The position numbers were made by a program, and so were the translations under genes. From the NCBI GenBank assembly GCA_963716055.1, contig CAVQSR010000001.1, forward strand, positions 838,791 to 902,790: a stretch of DNA of 64,000 nt, given 5' to 3'. This stretch comes from an uncultured Gemmatimonadales bacterium. Lineage in GTDB: Bacteria; Gemmatimonadota; Gemmatimonadetes; Gemmatimonadales; GWC2-71-9. A model generated the notes under the pieces. It was given only the letters and a program-made list of their open reading frames with translations, was not told the DNA's origin and made no database searches. Below are positions 36,930 through 47,700 of the stretch, in pieces; the first letter of the stretch is position 1, and every line of letters starts with the position of its first letter.

Positions 36930-37555
36930 CGCCCCGGCACGCGGGCGCGGTGGATCGAGTCGAGCACCGCGCGGAACACGGAGAGCGGCGCGGCTCCCTC
37001 CATCATTCCGCCGGCGATCCAGAACGTGGGCGTGCTGCGTGCGCCGGCGCGATATGCGCGCCGGGCGTCGGCTTCGACTTCGGCGCGCACTCCGTCATCC
37101 GCGAGGCAGGCCGCCAGTGCCGCGCGCTCGAGCCCGGCCGTGTCGCCCAGCGCGGCGAAGTACGGCGTGGGGTCGGCGAGCGGCGCCCACGTGGACTGCC
37201 GCTGAAACAGCGCGTCGTGCACCGGCCAGAAGCGGTTCTGCCGCGCGGCGCACATCGCGAGCTCTGCGGCCGGCGTGGCGTTGCGGTGGAACGTCGAATC
37301 GAAGAAGGACAGCGGGAAGTGGACGAAGACGAACCGGACCTTGCCGGTGCGCACGTACTCGCGCTCCAGGACCGGCATGGTTTCGAGGGCGAACTGGCGG
37401 CAGGCGGGGCACTGGAAGTCCGCCATCTCGTACACCACGACCGGGGCGTCCGGCCGGCCCTTGGACCGGGCGGCGAGCGGGTCGGGGTCCTGCGGCATCG
37501 CCGCCGGAACGGCCCATACCGCAAGCCCCAGGACGGCCGCGACCGCCCGCGTCAC
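36926..37555 (-). CDS. DsbA-family thiol:disulfide oxidoreductase (secreted)
   Basis: Track ORF 36926..38071 trimmed to GTG 37555 (GTGA overlap with the upstream stop). Signal is VTRAVAAVLGLAVWAVPAAMPQ. Active site is FQCPAC. Confidence 0.8.
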   Translation of the reverse strand: MTRAVAAVLGLAVWAVPAAMPQDPDPLAARSKGRPDAPVVVYEMADFQCPACRQFALETMPVLEREYVRTGKVRFVFVHFPLSFFDSTFHRNATPAAELAMCAARQNRFWPVHDALFQRQSTWAPLADPTPYFAALGDTAGLERAALAACLADDGVRAEVEADARRAYRAGARSTPTFWIAGGMMEGAAPLSVFRAVLDSIHRARVPGR

Positions 37556-38727
37556 CGCCCGTCCGGGGCGCCGGATCGGTGCGGGAGGTCGAGGCGCCGC
37601 AAGAGGCCGCCGCTCCGGTCCAGGGCGTAGAGGCTCTCTCCCGATACCGCCACCGACGAGACGAACCCGGCATTGCGGTCGAGCCCCATGGGCGCGAGAT
37701 CGCCTCCCGCCTGCTGGAGCAGATACAGTCCCTCCGGCCCGGCAGCCGCCGCGACGAGATTTGCCCAGACAGCGACATCGTACACGAAGCGCGGCTCCGA
37801 CCAGTGCGCCATCACGCGCGGCGCCGCCGGATTGCCGACGTGGACGAGGTACACGCCCTCGCTGCCCGCCGCCACGGCGGCCACCGTGTCGCGCAGGTCG
37901 ACGCGGCGCAAGGACCCCCGCAGGTCGACGCGGCCCGTGACCGCCAGCGGGCCGTCGGGGGCCGCGCGGTAGGCCCACAGGGCCGACTCCGTGAGCACCC
38001 ACAGCAGCGTGTCGTTTTGCCAGCGCAGGTCGGTCACCCGGTCGGCCGCGGTGGTGGAGTCGGTCCGCCACACCACCGAGTCCCCGCTCGCTTCGCCCAG
38101 ACGCAGCGCGGTGGCCGTCGCGACGGCGAGCCGCCTCCCGAGGGGCGCGATCGCCGCCACCTCTCCGCCCAGGACCCGGGTCCCGGGCGCCTCGCCCGCC
38201 AGGCCGTACAAATAGAGACCGGTCGGCGTGCTCAGCAGCAGCCGCTGGCGGTCCTGGTCCACGGCGGCATCGGTCACGTTGCGCAAACCCTGCCCGCGCC
38301 GCCCGAGGTACTCGAGGGACGGCAGCGCGGCCACGAGCTCGGCGCCCTCATCTCCCCACGCCGCCAGGAGCGCGCGATCGAGCGTGACGAATGTGGCCCG
38401 CGTCCGCAACGCCCGCGTGCGGCCCGCGAGGGTCAGGGGCGGGGCCGAGCGGTACCGCAACGCATAGTGCGAATCCGCCTCACGCCCGATCATGAACCCG
38501 ACGAGCCCTCCCACGGTCGTGGACAGGATGCCGACACACTCGCCGCTCGTGCACCATCCGATGGCGCGGTTGTGTTCGCCGGCGGAGTACACCGCGGTCA
38601 GGCCCAGTCCGACCGCCACGCCGAGGCCCGTGAAGAGCACGCGGCGGGGCAGGCGACCCTGACCGTCGAGGGTGACCGGCGCCGCCGCCGTCGCCGCGGC
38701 GAGGAGCGCGAGCGTGGCGCGTTTCAT
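37552..38727 (-). CDS. Hypothetical membrane-anchored protein with beta-propeller-like (LVIVD-like) repeats
   Basis: 391 aa. It starts MKRATLALLAAATAAAPVTLDGQ and has 2 hydrophobic segments. Repeated motifs are GLYLYGLAG, GVYLVHVGNPAAP, GLYLLQQAGG and SLYALDRSGG. Confidence 0.65.
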   Translation of the reverse strand: MKRATLALLAAATAAAPVTLDGQGRLPRRVLFTGLGVAVGLGLTAVYSAGEHNRAIGWCTSGECVGILSTTVGGLVGFMIGREADSHYALRYRSAPPLTLAGRTRALRTRATFVTLDRALLAAWGDEGAELVAALPSLEYLGRRGQGLRNVTDAAVDQDRQRLLLSTPTGLYLYGLAGEAPGTRVLGGEVAAIAPLGRRLAVATATALRLGEASGDSVVWRTDSTTAADRVTDLRWQNDTLLWVLTESALWAYRAAPDGPLAVTGRVDLRGSLRRVDLRDTVAAVAAGSEGVYLVHVGNPAAPRVMAHWSEPRFVYDVAVWANLVAAAAGPEGLYLLQQAGGDLAPMGLDRNAGFVSSVAVSGESLYALDRSGGLLRRLDLPHRSGAPDGR

Positions 38728-40982
38728 GGTGTCTCCACGACGCGCAGGGTGCGGTGCCGCAGGGCGATGCGACCGGTGCGCTGGTCGGTGACGGCGAGGT
38801 CGAGGTCGTAGGTCCCGCGCGGGGCGTTGGACAGGTCCACCGCGAGGTACACGGGCACGCGGTCACGGCCTTCGAGCGGCTCCTGCGACGTGTACTGCAG
38901 CACGACCTGGTCGTCCCCCTCCGCGGTCACGCCGACCGCGTCGAGGACGCCGCCAAAGACGCGCGCCGCGAGGCCGCCCCGCTCAATCTCGCGGACCCGC
39001 AGCCGCACCGCGACCTGGAAGCGTACCCCGGGTCCCACGCCGGCCGAGTCCTCGGGTGTGAGGCCGTAGACCTCGAGGTAGAGGTGCACCGGATCGCCGC
39101 GACGGAACTCGAGGCGCGGGTTCGGATCGATGAAGAAGTCGTGCAGGCCGCGGCCGCGGCTGTTCTCCTCGCGCGGGGCGATACGGTCCGCCACGATGAT
39201 ATCGCTGAGCGCGAGGGCGCCCGTGCCGAGGGCCTCGACCGTCATCGGGCTCATGCCCCGCGCGGCACGGTCCAGGGCGGGCAGCCGCGCTTCGAACCGA
39301 TACACGTAGGCGCCCGGGGGCACGCGCGCGGTCTCCGTGCGCTCCTCGAACTGGACGTCGGCCGTGAGCCGCACGGTCTCGCTGCCGCGCCTGGCCACCC
39401 GATCCTGCCGGCCGTCGTCGGTGACGAACAACGCCGTCTCGAGATCGCCGGCGTCGAGGTCCACGCCCTCGGCCATCTGCCGCACGGGTATGCCGGCGAA
39501 GAACAGGACTTCCGTTCCCCCGCTGTCATCCCGTGGGCGGAGCTGCGCGGCCTGCACGGGGATGGAGTCGAGACGCTGCGTGAGCGGCACGTTGTCGTAG
39601 GTCGCGGGCCGCACGAACCGCGCGTTTTCGGCATACGCGTCGAAATCGACCGCGAGCCGATGATAGTTGTACGTCGGTGGACCGGTGAAGACAAACCGCA
39701 GATTGCGCTCGGGATAGAACCACACCGTCGTCACCATGCCGGTCGCGAGGAGGTCAGCCGAGTTCTCGTACGGGCTGGGTGGGAAGGTGGCGATGACGGG
39801 CGGGGGACCGTACCGGATGTGGATCTGCCCGCGGTCGGTGAGCCAGCCCCGGAGCCGCAGGTCGGGCGCCCCGAACAAGAGCTCGGCGTGGGCGACCCGC
39901 GCCAGGTGCTCGAGGCGGTACTCGTTCTCGGGCGTGAGGCGCAGCGGCTCGGCGCTCCACCAGTAGAGGCGCTCGAACTGGCGCTGGGCCGAGTCCGCGA
40001 GACCGCGGTACGCGAGTGCGTCCGCCGCGCGCAGGATCGTGGACAGGTCCTCGAGGGGGCCCCGCTCGCTTGGGGGCAGCGTCGCGAGCGCCCGCGCGAA
40101 CGCGGAATCGGCGGCGGCCGCGCGGCCCGACCGCCAGAGGGCCAAGCCATAGAACAGGGCCGCGTTGCCGTTGTCGGGCGCGACCCGGGCGAAACGGCGC
40201 GCCTCGTCGAGGAGCTCCTCCATCCGTTCGGTTTCCGCCAGCAGCCCGAGGAGCCCGCGGTTCGCGGCCTCCGACACCGGCGCCGCGCCGACCGCCGAGC
40301 GATAGTGCTGCTCGGCCCTCGCGAGGTCGGCCTCGCCCAGCCCGGGCACCGGCGCCGAGTAGTCGAACAGGATGTCCTTGGTGTAGTGGGGGTCGCGCAG
40401 CGCGGCCTCCCAATCGAAGGTCTGCGCCGGTCCCAGCACGAGACGCCGCCGCGCCACCGCCTGATAGCGGCGGAAATAGATGTGGCCGATCTCCGCCTCG
40501 ACCACGGCCATGGCGGCGGGGTCCTCCGTGCGTTGCGCCGCCGCCAGGGCGCGGCGGAACAGGCGCTCGGCCTGGACTCGCAGCAGCGGTTGCTTGAGCC
40601 GGAGTCGGGCGATCTCGATCAGGTAGCGCGGGTTGTCCGCGTCGAGCCGGAGGGCCGCCTCGAACTCCCGGTCGGCGTCAATCCGCCGTCCCCAGGAGCC
40701 GAACCCCGCTCCGGCGGTGCGGGCCAGCAGCAAACCATAAAGGAAGCGCGCATCGGCGAGGTCGGGGGCCACACGGCTCGCGCGGGCGGCTCGGTCGACG
40801 GCTGCCGCCGTGTCGCCGCGCTCGGCCAGCTGCAAGGCCTGCTCCAGCAGGCGGCGGCCGTTCACGTGCGAGTCCGACTGGCTTTGGGCGACGAGCGACC
40901 CGCTCGCCGCGACCAACGCGAGCCCCAGCGCGATGAACGGCGCGGCGCGGCGCGCCGGACCCGGTCGCGCGCGGTAACGCAC
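38724..40982 (-). CDS. GWxTD domain-containing protein with N-terminal TPR region
   Basis: Track ORF 38724..41174. I prefer GTG 40982, which gives signal VRYRARPGPARRAAPFIALGLALVAASGSLVAQ. The 64 residues upstream are R/P/G-rich filler. GWxTD motif is LRGWLTDRGQIHIRYGPP. There is an ATGA overlap with the downstream gene. Confidence 0.8.
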   Translation of the reverse strand: MRYRARPGPARRAAPFIALGLALVAASGSLVAQSQSDSHVNGRRLLEQALQLAERGDTAAAVDRAARASRVAPDLADARFLYGLLLARTAGAGFGSWGRRIDADREFEAALRLDADNPRYLIEIARLRLKQPLLRVQAERLFRRALAAAQRTEDPAAMAVVEAEIGHIYFRRYQAVARRRLVLGPAQTFDWEAALRDPHYTKDILFDYSAPVPGLGEADLARAEQHYRSAVGAAPVSEAANRGLLGLLAETERMEELLDEARRFARVAPDNGNAALFYGLALWRSGRAAAADSAFARALATLPPSERGPLEDLSTILRAADALAYRGLADSAQRQFERLYWWSAEPLRLTPENEYRLEHLARVAHAELLFGAPDLRLRGWLTDRGQIHIRYGPPPVIATFPPSPYENSADLLATGMVTTVWFYPERNLRFVFTGPPTYNYHRLAVDFDAYAENARFVRPATYDNVPLTQRLDSIPVQAAQLRPRDDSGGTEVLFFAGIPVRQMAEGVDLDAGDLETALFVTDDGRQDRVARRGSETVRLTADVQFEERTETARVPPGAYVYRFEARLPALDRAARGMSPMTVEALGTGALALSDIIVADRIAPREENSRGRGLHDFFIDPNPRLEFRRGDPVHLYLEVYGLTPEDSAGVGPGVRFQVAVRLRVREIERGGLAARVFGGVLDAVGVTAEGDDQVVLQYTSQEPLEGRDRVPVYLAVDLSNAPRGTYDLDLAVTDQRTGRIALRHRTLRVVETP

Positions 40983-41482
40983 CGTCAGGGGCCGGGCCGG
41001 CTCGACGTTCCGTCGGGGCAACCGCCCTCCGGGCGCTGCGGGGATCGTCAATCGCGCGGGCGAGCCCCCCTTGCGGGGTCGTCCGGCGGCGGATAGCGTC
41101 GGGCCATTCGCCCGTCCGGGGGCGGGTGGTGCGCGGGCCGACACCCCTTGCGGGGTCCGTGATTCGCGTGTCACTATTTACCATAGCGTGCGGTGGGCAG
41201 GTCCGCTACTGCGCCACCGCACCTACCCACCGCCGTTGGTCAGTACCGCGCGCACGCGTGGAGTCGGATGTAGACCGCAGTCCGGACGCCGGGCGCTCCC
41301 CGGTTGCTGTCCGGGACATGCCGAGCCGTCGGCGCGGTTATCGCTCTCTCGAGGCCGTCGAGGGGTGCCGCGCAGATCTATAAAGTGACAATCGAGAAGT
41401 CCCGCGAGGGGCGGGGCAGTCGATCGTGTGCGAGCCCATTCGGGCGCGCGCCGACGGCGTTCTTCAGAAAGGGGTAGGCCCC

Positions 41483-44400
41483 ATGCGTTCACTGCTTGTT
41501 CGCATTGCGGTCGGTGCCTTCGTAGCCGCGGCGTTGGCGGCGGCGGTACCGGCGGTCGCCGACGCCCAGACCGGCAAGATCACGGGCGTCGTGCGCGACG
41601 AGTCTGGCCAACCGCTCGAAGGCGCGGAGATCTTCATCGAAGGAACGGGTCTGACGACGTTCACCGCGTCGAACGGCCGGTACTTCTTCCTCGCCGTGCC
41701 GCCGGGCACGTACTCCCTCATCGGGCGGCGTATCGGGTCCCAGACGGTGACCCAGCGCGGGATCGTGGTTTCCATCGACGTCACGCGCGAGGTCCACTTC
41801 ACCCTCGCCGGGGCCACCACCGTAACCCTGACGGAGATCGTGGTCGAGGCGCCGGCCGTGCCCCTCGTGCAGCCCGGTGTGTCCAACTCCACGATCGGCA
41901 TCTCGGGTGACGTGATCCGGGCGCTGCCGGTGGTGTCGATCGAGGGCGCGCTGAAGCTGCAGCAGGGGTTCCTGCAGGTGCCCGACAATTCCGACATCAT
42001 CTCGTTCAGTGAATCGCGCCGCAACGTGACCAACCCGATCCGCATCCGCGGCGGCCGGGGCGGCGAGACGCTCACGATGATCGACGGTATCCCCGTCAAC
42101 AACTGGATCTACGGCGGCGCGGCCATCGGCATTACGCCGGAAGCCGTGCAGCAGCTGGACTACATCAAGGGCGGCATGGAGCCCCAGTACGGCAACGCGC
42201 TCTCGGGGATCGTGAACATCGCCACCCGCGATGGCGGTACGGACCTGGCCGGCTCCCTGCGGTTCCAGAGCTCCGAAGTCGGCGGCTGGATGGGCAATGA
42301 CTCCGACGACCTGCTGAACTACAGCCTGCTCGACGGGTACATCTCGGGCCCGATCCCGGGCTTCGCCAACAAGCTGCGCTTCATGGTGGCCGGGCGGCAG
42401 CAGCGCTCCGCCGACGCCGTGTACCAGTTCGACAACGACGTGCGCGACCCCTCCTGCACGCAGCTGACGAACCCGAACTCCTGCTCGGGCAACCCCTCGC
42501 CGTTCCTGGGCGCGAACTTCATGGACGTGTTCGGTGGCTGGCGCGCGTTCGGCGCGAACAACCTGCGCGAGGTGTCCGGCAAGCTGACGTACTTCTTCCG
42601 GCCGACGATGAAGCTGGGCGTGTCGTACCTCGACAACCAGCAGCAGCGCCAGCCGTTCGACTTCACGTTCCTGCCCACCTACGGCAACCCGGTCGAGGCG
42701 CCGGTCATCGACAACCTGGCGGACTCGATCGCCGTGATCGGGAACCGGACGGGATCCCGTATCGCCCCGCTCGACTTCCCCAAGGTGGTGATGGGCTCGA
42801 TCAACGCCGGCCGCAGCCTCGCGGTCGCGCGGTGGGACCACATCCTCGGCCGGTCATCCTACACCCTGGCCGTGGGGCGACTCAGCCTCGAGCGTACGAC
42901 CTGCAACTTCTGGCAGGGCGTCTGTCTCCAGGGGAACTTCGGCGACCCGAATTTCACCGACGACCAGTTCATCTCGCCGCTGGCGGGAACCTGCCAGATC
43001 CACCCGACGTGCGGCACGGACTCGTTCTACGGCGGGGAAACGCTCAAGTCACTCATCTTCCGTGGCGACGTGCAGTCGCAGGTCACCGATCACCACCAGC
43101 TGGCCGCCGGCGGCATGTTCCTGCGCCACGACGTCACCCTCGACCTGCTGCAGAACGTCGGTGGCAACGAAGTCCGCGTCTATCCCCAGGCGTACGCCGC
43201 CAAGCCGTGGGACCTGGCGCTCTACGTCCAGGACCGGATCGAGTACGACTTCCTCACGGTCAAGCTCGGCGTGCGCTACGACCTTGGCTCGGCGGGCGGC
43301 ACTTTCTGGGCCAACCCCCTCGATCCCACCAACGGGACGACCGCGGCGGACGTGTGCGCCGATCCGTCCAGCTGGCAGGGTCGCACCTTCCCGGTGTACG
43401 ACGCATCCGGGGACTCGGTGTACAACCGCACGATGTCGGCCAACCCGGCCTGGGCCACCCAGCTGGGCCTCAACTGCGTCAACCTCGCGACGGGCCAGGT
43501 CGATGCGGCCACGCTCGACTCGGCGCGCCAGCTCGCGTCGTCCGACGACTTCAGCACGTCGAAGCAGCGCCGGCAGTTCAGCCCGCGGATCGGCGTGTCG
43601 TTCCCGCTGGGGCCGTCGAGTGCCGTGTTCTTCAATTTCGGGCGGAACACGCAGAACCCGCTCCTCAACAACCTGTTCGCCGCCACCGGCATCGGGACGA
43701 CCCGCGAGGGCACCACCGCCGGCCCGACGCTGCAGGTGCCGGGTGGCACGGCCGTGCCGTTCGTCGGCAACTCGAACCTGCTCACCGAGCAGACCACGAG
43801 CTACGAAGTCGGCTACGCGGCCGAGTTGGGCGGTGATTACGCCATCGGCGTCACGTTGTTCTCCAAGGACCAGATCGGTCTGACGGGCTTCCGGACCGGC
43901 GGGATCGTGGACGGCGTACAGGTGTTCGATCCCGGCGCGACGTACGCCGGCGACGAGACCCCGAATTACCGCATCCTCGTGAACCAGGACTTCCAGACGG
44001 TGCGCGGGGTCGAGGTGCAGCTGCGGCGCCGCGTGTCGAATTACTGGGGATTCGACCTCAACTACTCGTTCTCCGAGTCGCGCACCAATGCCGCCGACCC
44101 GGAGCGCGAGGTGGAGCGCCAGATCCAGCAGGGCGATCCGCGGCTGAATCAGGAAGTCACCTCGGAAATCGATCAGCCGCACGTGTTCAACGCGTCGCTG
44201 ATCTTCCAGACGGGCCGCAGCTACCCCCAGACGATCGTGGGGAAGGTGCTGGAGAACTTCACGACCAGTCTGGTGTTCCGGGCGGCGAGCGGGCTGCCGT
44301 ACACGCCGACGCTCGATTTCTTCGGCCTCGGCACGAACCAGCTGGTGCGCAATACAGGCCGCGCCCCGTCGACGTTCCAGCTCGACTGGTCGCTGTCCAA

Positions 44401-44644
44401 GGACTTCTCGCTGTCCAACATGCGGTACGGACTCACTGTTCAGGTGCTCAACGTGACCGACCGGAAGAACTGCATCCAGGTCTACACCACGACCGGGCAG
44501 TGCACCGTCGGCTCGGTGGACGTGTCGCGCAACCGCGAGGGCAACAACATCGCGGCCGACGCGATCACCACGACGTACCTGGACCGCGCGCAGTTCTTCG
44601 GCTCCCGCCGATCGGTGCAGGCCGGTCTCCGGGTGTCGTTCTGA
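41483..44644 (+). CDS. TonB-dependent receptor with N-terminal carboxypeptidase-regulatory-like domain (SusC/RagA-like architecture)
   Basis: Track ORF 41426..44644 trimmed to ATG 41483. Signal is MRSLLVRIAVGAFVAAALAAAVPAVADAQ. CarboxypepD_reg segment is GKITGVVRDESGQPLEGAEIFIEGTGLTTFTASNGRYFF. Plug segment is IRIRGGRGGETLTMIDGIPVNN. A long barrel ends ...QAGLRVSF. Confidence 0.9.
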   Translation: MRSLLVRIAVGAFVAAALAAAVPAVADAQTGKITGVVRDESGQPLEGAEIFIEGTGLTTFTASNGRYFFLAVPPGTYSLIGRRIGSQTVTQRGIVVSIDVTREVHFTLAGATTVTLTEIVVEAPAVPLVQPGVSNSTIGISGDVIRALPVVSIEGALKLQQGFLQVPDNSDIISFSESRRNVTNPIRIRGGRGGETLTMIDGIPVNNWIYGGAAIGITPEAVQQLDYIKGGMEPQYGNALSGIVNIATRDGGTDLAGSLRFQSSEVGGWMGNDSDDLLNYSLLDGYISGPIPGFANKLRFMVAGRQQRSADAVYQFDNDVRDPSCTQLTNPNSCSGNPSPFLGANFMDVFGGWRAFGANNLREVSGKLTYFFRPTMKLGVSYLDNQQQRQPFDFTFLPTYGNPVEAPVIDNLADSIAVIGNRTGSRIAPLDFPKVVMGSINAGRSLAVARWDHILGRSSYTLAVGRLSLERTTCNFWQGVCLQGNFGDPNFTDDQFISPLAGTCQIHPTCGTDSFYGGETLKSLIFRGDVQSQVTDHHQLAAGGMFLRHDVTLDLLQNVGGNEVRVYPQAYAAKPWDLALYVQDRIEYDFLTVKLGVRYDLGSAGGTFWANPLDPTNGTTAADVCADPSSWQGRTFPVYDASGDSVYNRTMSANPAWATQLGLNCVNLATGQVDAATLDSARQLASSDDFSTSKQRRQFSPRIGVSFPLGPSSAVFFNFGRNTQNPLLNNLFAATGIGTTREGTTAGPTLQVPGGTAVPFVGNSNLLTEQTTSYEVGYAAELGGDYAIGVTLFSKDQIGLTGFRTGGIVDGVQVFDPGATYAGDETPNYRILVNQDFQTVRGVEVQLRRRVSNYWGFDLNYSFSESRTNAADPEREVERQIQQGDPRLNQEVTSEIDQPHVFNASLIFQTGRSYPQTIVGKVLENFTTSLVFRAASGLPYTPTLDFFGLGTNQLVRNTGRAPSTFQLDWSLSKDFSLSNMRYGLTVQVLNVTDRKNCIQVYTTTGQCTVGSVDVSRNREGNNIAADAITTTYLDRAQFFGSRRSVQAGLRVSF

Positions 44645-44656
44645 GGCGTGCGGCTC

Positions 44657-44684
44657 GGCGGGTCCGGCGCAGGCCGGACCCGCC
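44657..44684 (+). terminator. Strong hairpin directly after the receptor gene (attenuator or processing site; no U-tract)
   Basis: GGCGGGTCCGGC-gcag-GCCGGACCCGCC forms a 12-bp perfect stem 13 nt after the stop. Confidence 0.4.
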
Positions 44685-44723
44685 GGCGCTCCGAAGCGGC
44701 TTCTCGACACGAGGATTCTGCTC

Positions 44724-47700
44724 ATGACGCTCCATCGTCCGTTTATGCGCCGTCCGGCGGCCGCGTGGCTCGCCGCCGCGTTGCTCCTGTTCTTCACCGG
44801 CGCGCTCACTGCCCAACAGACGGTCAACGGCTATCCCGTCGGACCCGATGGCGAGCCGGTGGCCAACCCGCCACGCCGCACGCTCGGCGCGGCGCGCGAC
44901 CGCGCCGTCTCCGACCTGCGCTCGGCCGGGTTCTTCACCCGCGTGTGCGCCGAGAACTCGACCGGCGCCTTCGACATCGACCGGTCCGGGTGCGCGCCGT
45001 TCTTCCAGACCATGAACAACGGCTTCGTGGCCGTGTGGCCGCGCGAAGCCGCGTGGGCCTGGGCGGCCCCGCCGACCACGTGGACCAACGCCGTGGCACA
45101 GGTGCCGAGCCTCGCCAACGCCATCGGCAGCGGCTGGACCGTCATCAACTCGCACCAGACCGGGTTCGACGACCTCGGGCCTTCCGACAACGGGCTGGGC
45201 CTGCACCACGCCGGCGTCACCACGGTCAACGACCGCAGCTGCCTCGACCACCGCACGTCGTACGGCACCGGCAACCCGCTGCTCGCGGGGAGCAACTGCC
45301 CGGTGACCTGGGGCACCGAGCCCGGGTCCGCGGTGCGCGATGCGAGCGACCCCGGCCGCGGCTGGGCGGGCGCGCGCCCCGTGCCCCTCGAGGTGTATTC
45401 ACAGCGGTTCGCGAGCCTGGGCGCCAACTTCAACTTCGACTTCTGGCGGGTTTCGGACGCCGAGCTCGACGCCGCGGGCGTGCCCGCGTTCAAGACGCTG
45501 GGCAATTTCCATACGTACGGCTACACCAGCGACTACAACGTCGAGATCCTGTGCGGCACGAGCGTCATCCGGAACTACGCCCACATCATCCCGGCCACGA
45601 GTCAGGTGGCCCCCGGCGGCTGCTCGGGGTCCGATCCCGCGCGGCGCCGCCCCGGCTGGCCGCTCGGCATCGAGGCGCGGTTCGACGCGTTCACGTTCCA
45701 GCTCCCGGCGTTGAAGGAAGTCCAGTACTACCAGGTGACCTTCACCAACCGGTCGGAGGCCGTGTACGGCGTCAAGCTCGATTACGACTCGGTGTACATG
45801 GGCCTGCAGATGGGCTGGTTCGGGAACTCCAACATTCAGCAGAACCCGACGTGGTGGGTCCCCGAGCTGGGCGCGGTGTTCACGTCAGCGCTCCCGATCC
45901 AGGGGCCCTGCGACGCGGGCCGCATCGTGTCCGATCTCACGTGCGCGCGCTGGGGCGCGAACTTCGGGTTCGTCCAGGGTGCGTCCGCCCTGATCGTGCT
46001 CAAGTCGCCGATCGGCGATCTGCGCAACAAGTGGTTCACCCGCATGGGCAGCGCGTTCTACGATCCGTCCCACCCGCTGGCGGGCGACACGCTGACGTAC
46101 AACCACGCGCATCTGTGCGGCTTCCGTAATTGCGGCCGTACGCAGTTCGCCACCGATCCGATCAACACGCCGGACCACGAGCAGCGCGGCTTCGGGCAGC
46201 TGTCGTCCACCGAGGTCAATACCCTGGGCAACCGCAACGTGACCACCGGACTCAACAACAACGAGTACTGGCACACGTTCCGCCCGCGCAACTTCCCCAC
46301 GGTGCGCTACACGCCGGGAGATCCCCCGTCCGTGGGCGGCGGCTACAACAAGTGGGCCCCCAACATGGCCGGCATCAACTGGGACTGGGGCGGTCCACCG
46401 GGATCGATGAACGCCAAAGACGGCGTGCAGGACACGTTGGCGGTCGACGGATGCTGGATCCAGGGCTGCGCCGGCCTCTGGGGCGACACCCTGCCCAACG
46501 GCAAGTACTCGGCGTACAGCAACACGCACGGCACCCTCGCCGTCGGCCCGATCCGGCTGATGGCCGACTCGGTCGTGTCGTACGTCGTCGCCATCACGCC
46601 GGGCCAGGCCAACGACTCCGCCGGTCTCATGGCGCAGGTGTCGGCGGCGATCGACAATTACATGAACTTCTACCTCGCCCCCGACGCGGCGCCCAAGTGC
46701 CGGATCACGGGCGTCACCCGCAACGCCGGCGCCCGGGCGCAGGACGCGGTGATTCGCGTAACGTGGGAGGACTCGTGTCATCCAGGGAACTGGACGGACC
46801 CGTTCCTCGACAAGCAGTACAACGACCTCCTCGCCGCGCCCGCGGGATCGCCGCTCGAGCGCTTGCGGCTCCTGAACCCGCGCCTCGACGATACCCTCGC
46901 GTTCCTGCGCGCGAACAACATCGCGAAGATCTATCTGTACAAGTCGTGCGAGGACGGCGCGTCGTGGACCACGGGGGATGACTGCATCGACGGCAGTCCG
47001 GCAACGGGCGCACCGTTCGACGTGCTCGGCTGGCTGCCCTACGCCACGTTTGAGCCCGGCAACATCCCGACGACCTACCAGGACCTGAACGTCCGGCCGG
47101 GGCAGACCTACACCTACAACGTCATCGGCGAGACCCGCGGCGCCAACTTCACCGTGCTCAACGGCGACTCGGTGGCGCTCTCCGGGACGGAATACATCTG
47201 CGCGCGGAACTGCCGCATCGAGACGCTGGCGCTCGCGCCGGTGCTGTTCAACACGCTGTCGGCGTCCACGGGCGAGCCCAACGTCGGGCGGGTGTACCTC
47301 CCGCTCTCGCTGCAGGGCGGCGGCTCGCGGGCGTCCGCGGCCGTGACGGCGCGCACCGGACCCGTGTCGGAGTCGCGGCTCGGCATCACGGTGACGGGGG
47401 ACTCGCTCAGCGACGCCAGCTTCCGCGTGCTGTTCGGCACCAGCGCGGCGGCCACCCAGATCGAGCGTTACACGGGGACCGACTCGGCCAGCGTGCAGAC
47501 GCGGGTCGTGCTGTACAACGCCGGCTCCCCGGCCGACAGCGTCGTCGTGTCGGGCGCGAACCTGGGCGGCCTCACCGCGAGCGGCGCGGCATCGGTCCGC
47601 ACGACCATCGCTCCCGCCGTGGACTCGGTCGCCTTCACGTGGGCCGCGGGTCCCGTCATGGCGCTGGCCCGGCTGCCGGGTGCCGCGCCCGCCGACGCGC

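Noticed and set aside
41279-41294. B12-box-like string AGTCCGGACGCCGGGC upstream of the TonB-dependent receptor, a possible cobalamin riboswitch
   Set aside because: It matches about 13 of 16 positions of the B12-box consensus from memory. I could not find the other conserved cobalamin-riboswitch elements (GGTGnnAAnTCC core, GCCACTG, GGGAAGG). The receptor is SusC-like rather than BtuB-like. An Infernal RF00174 scan would settle it.
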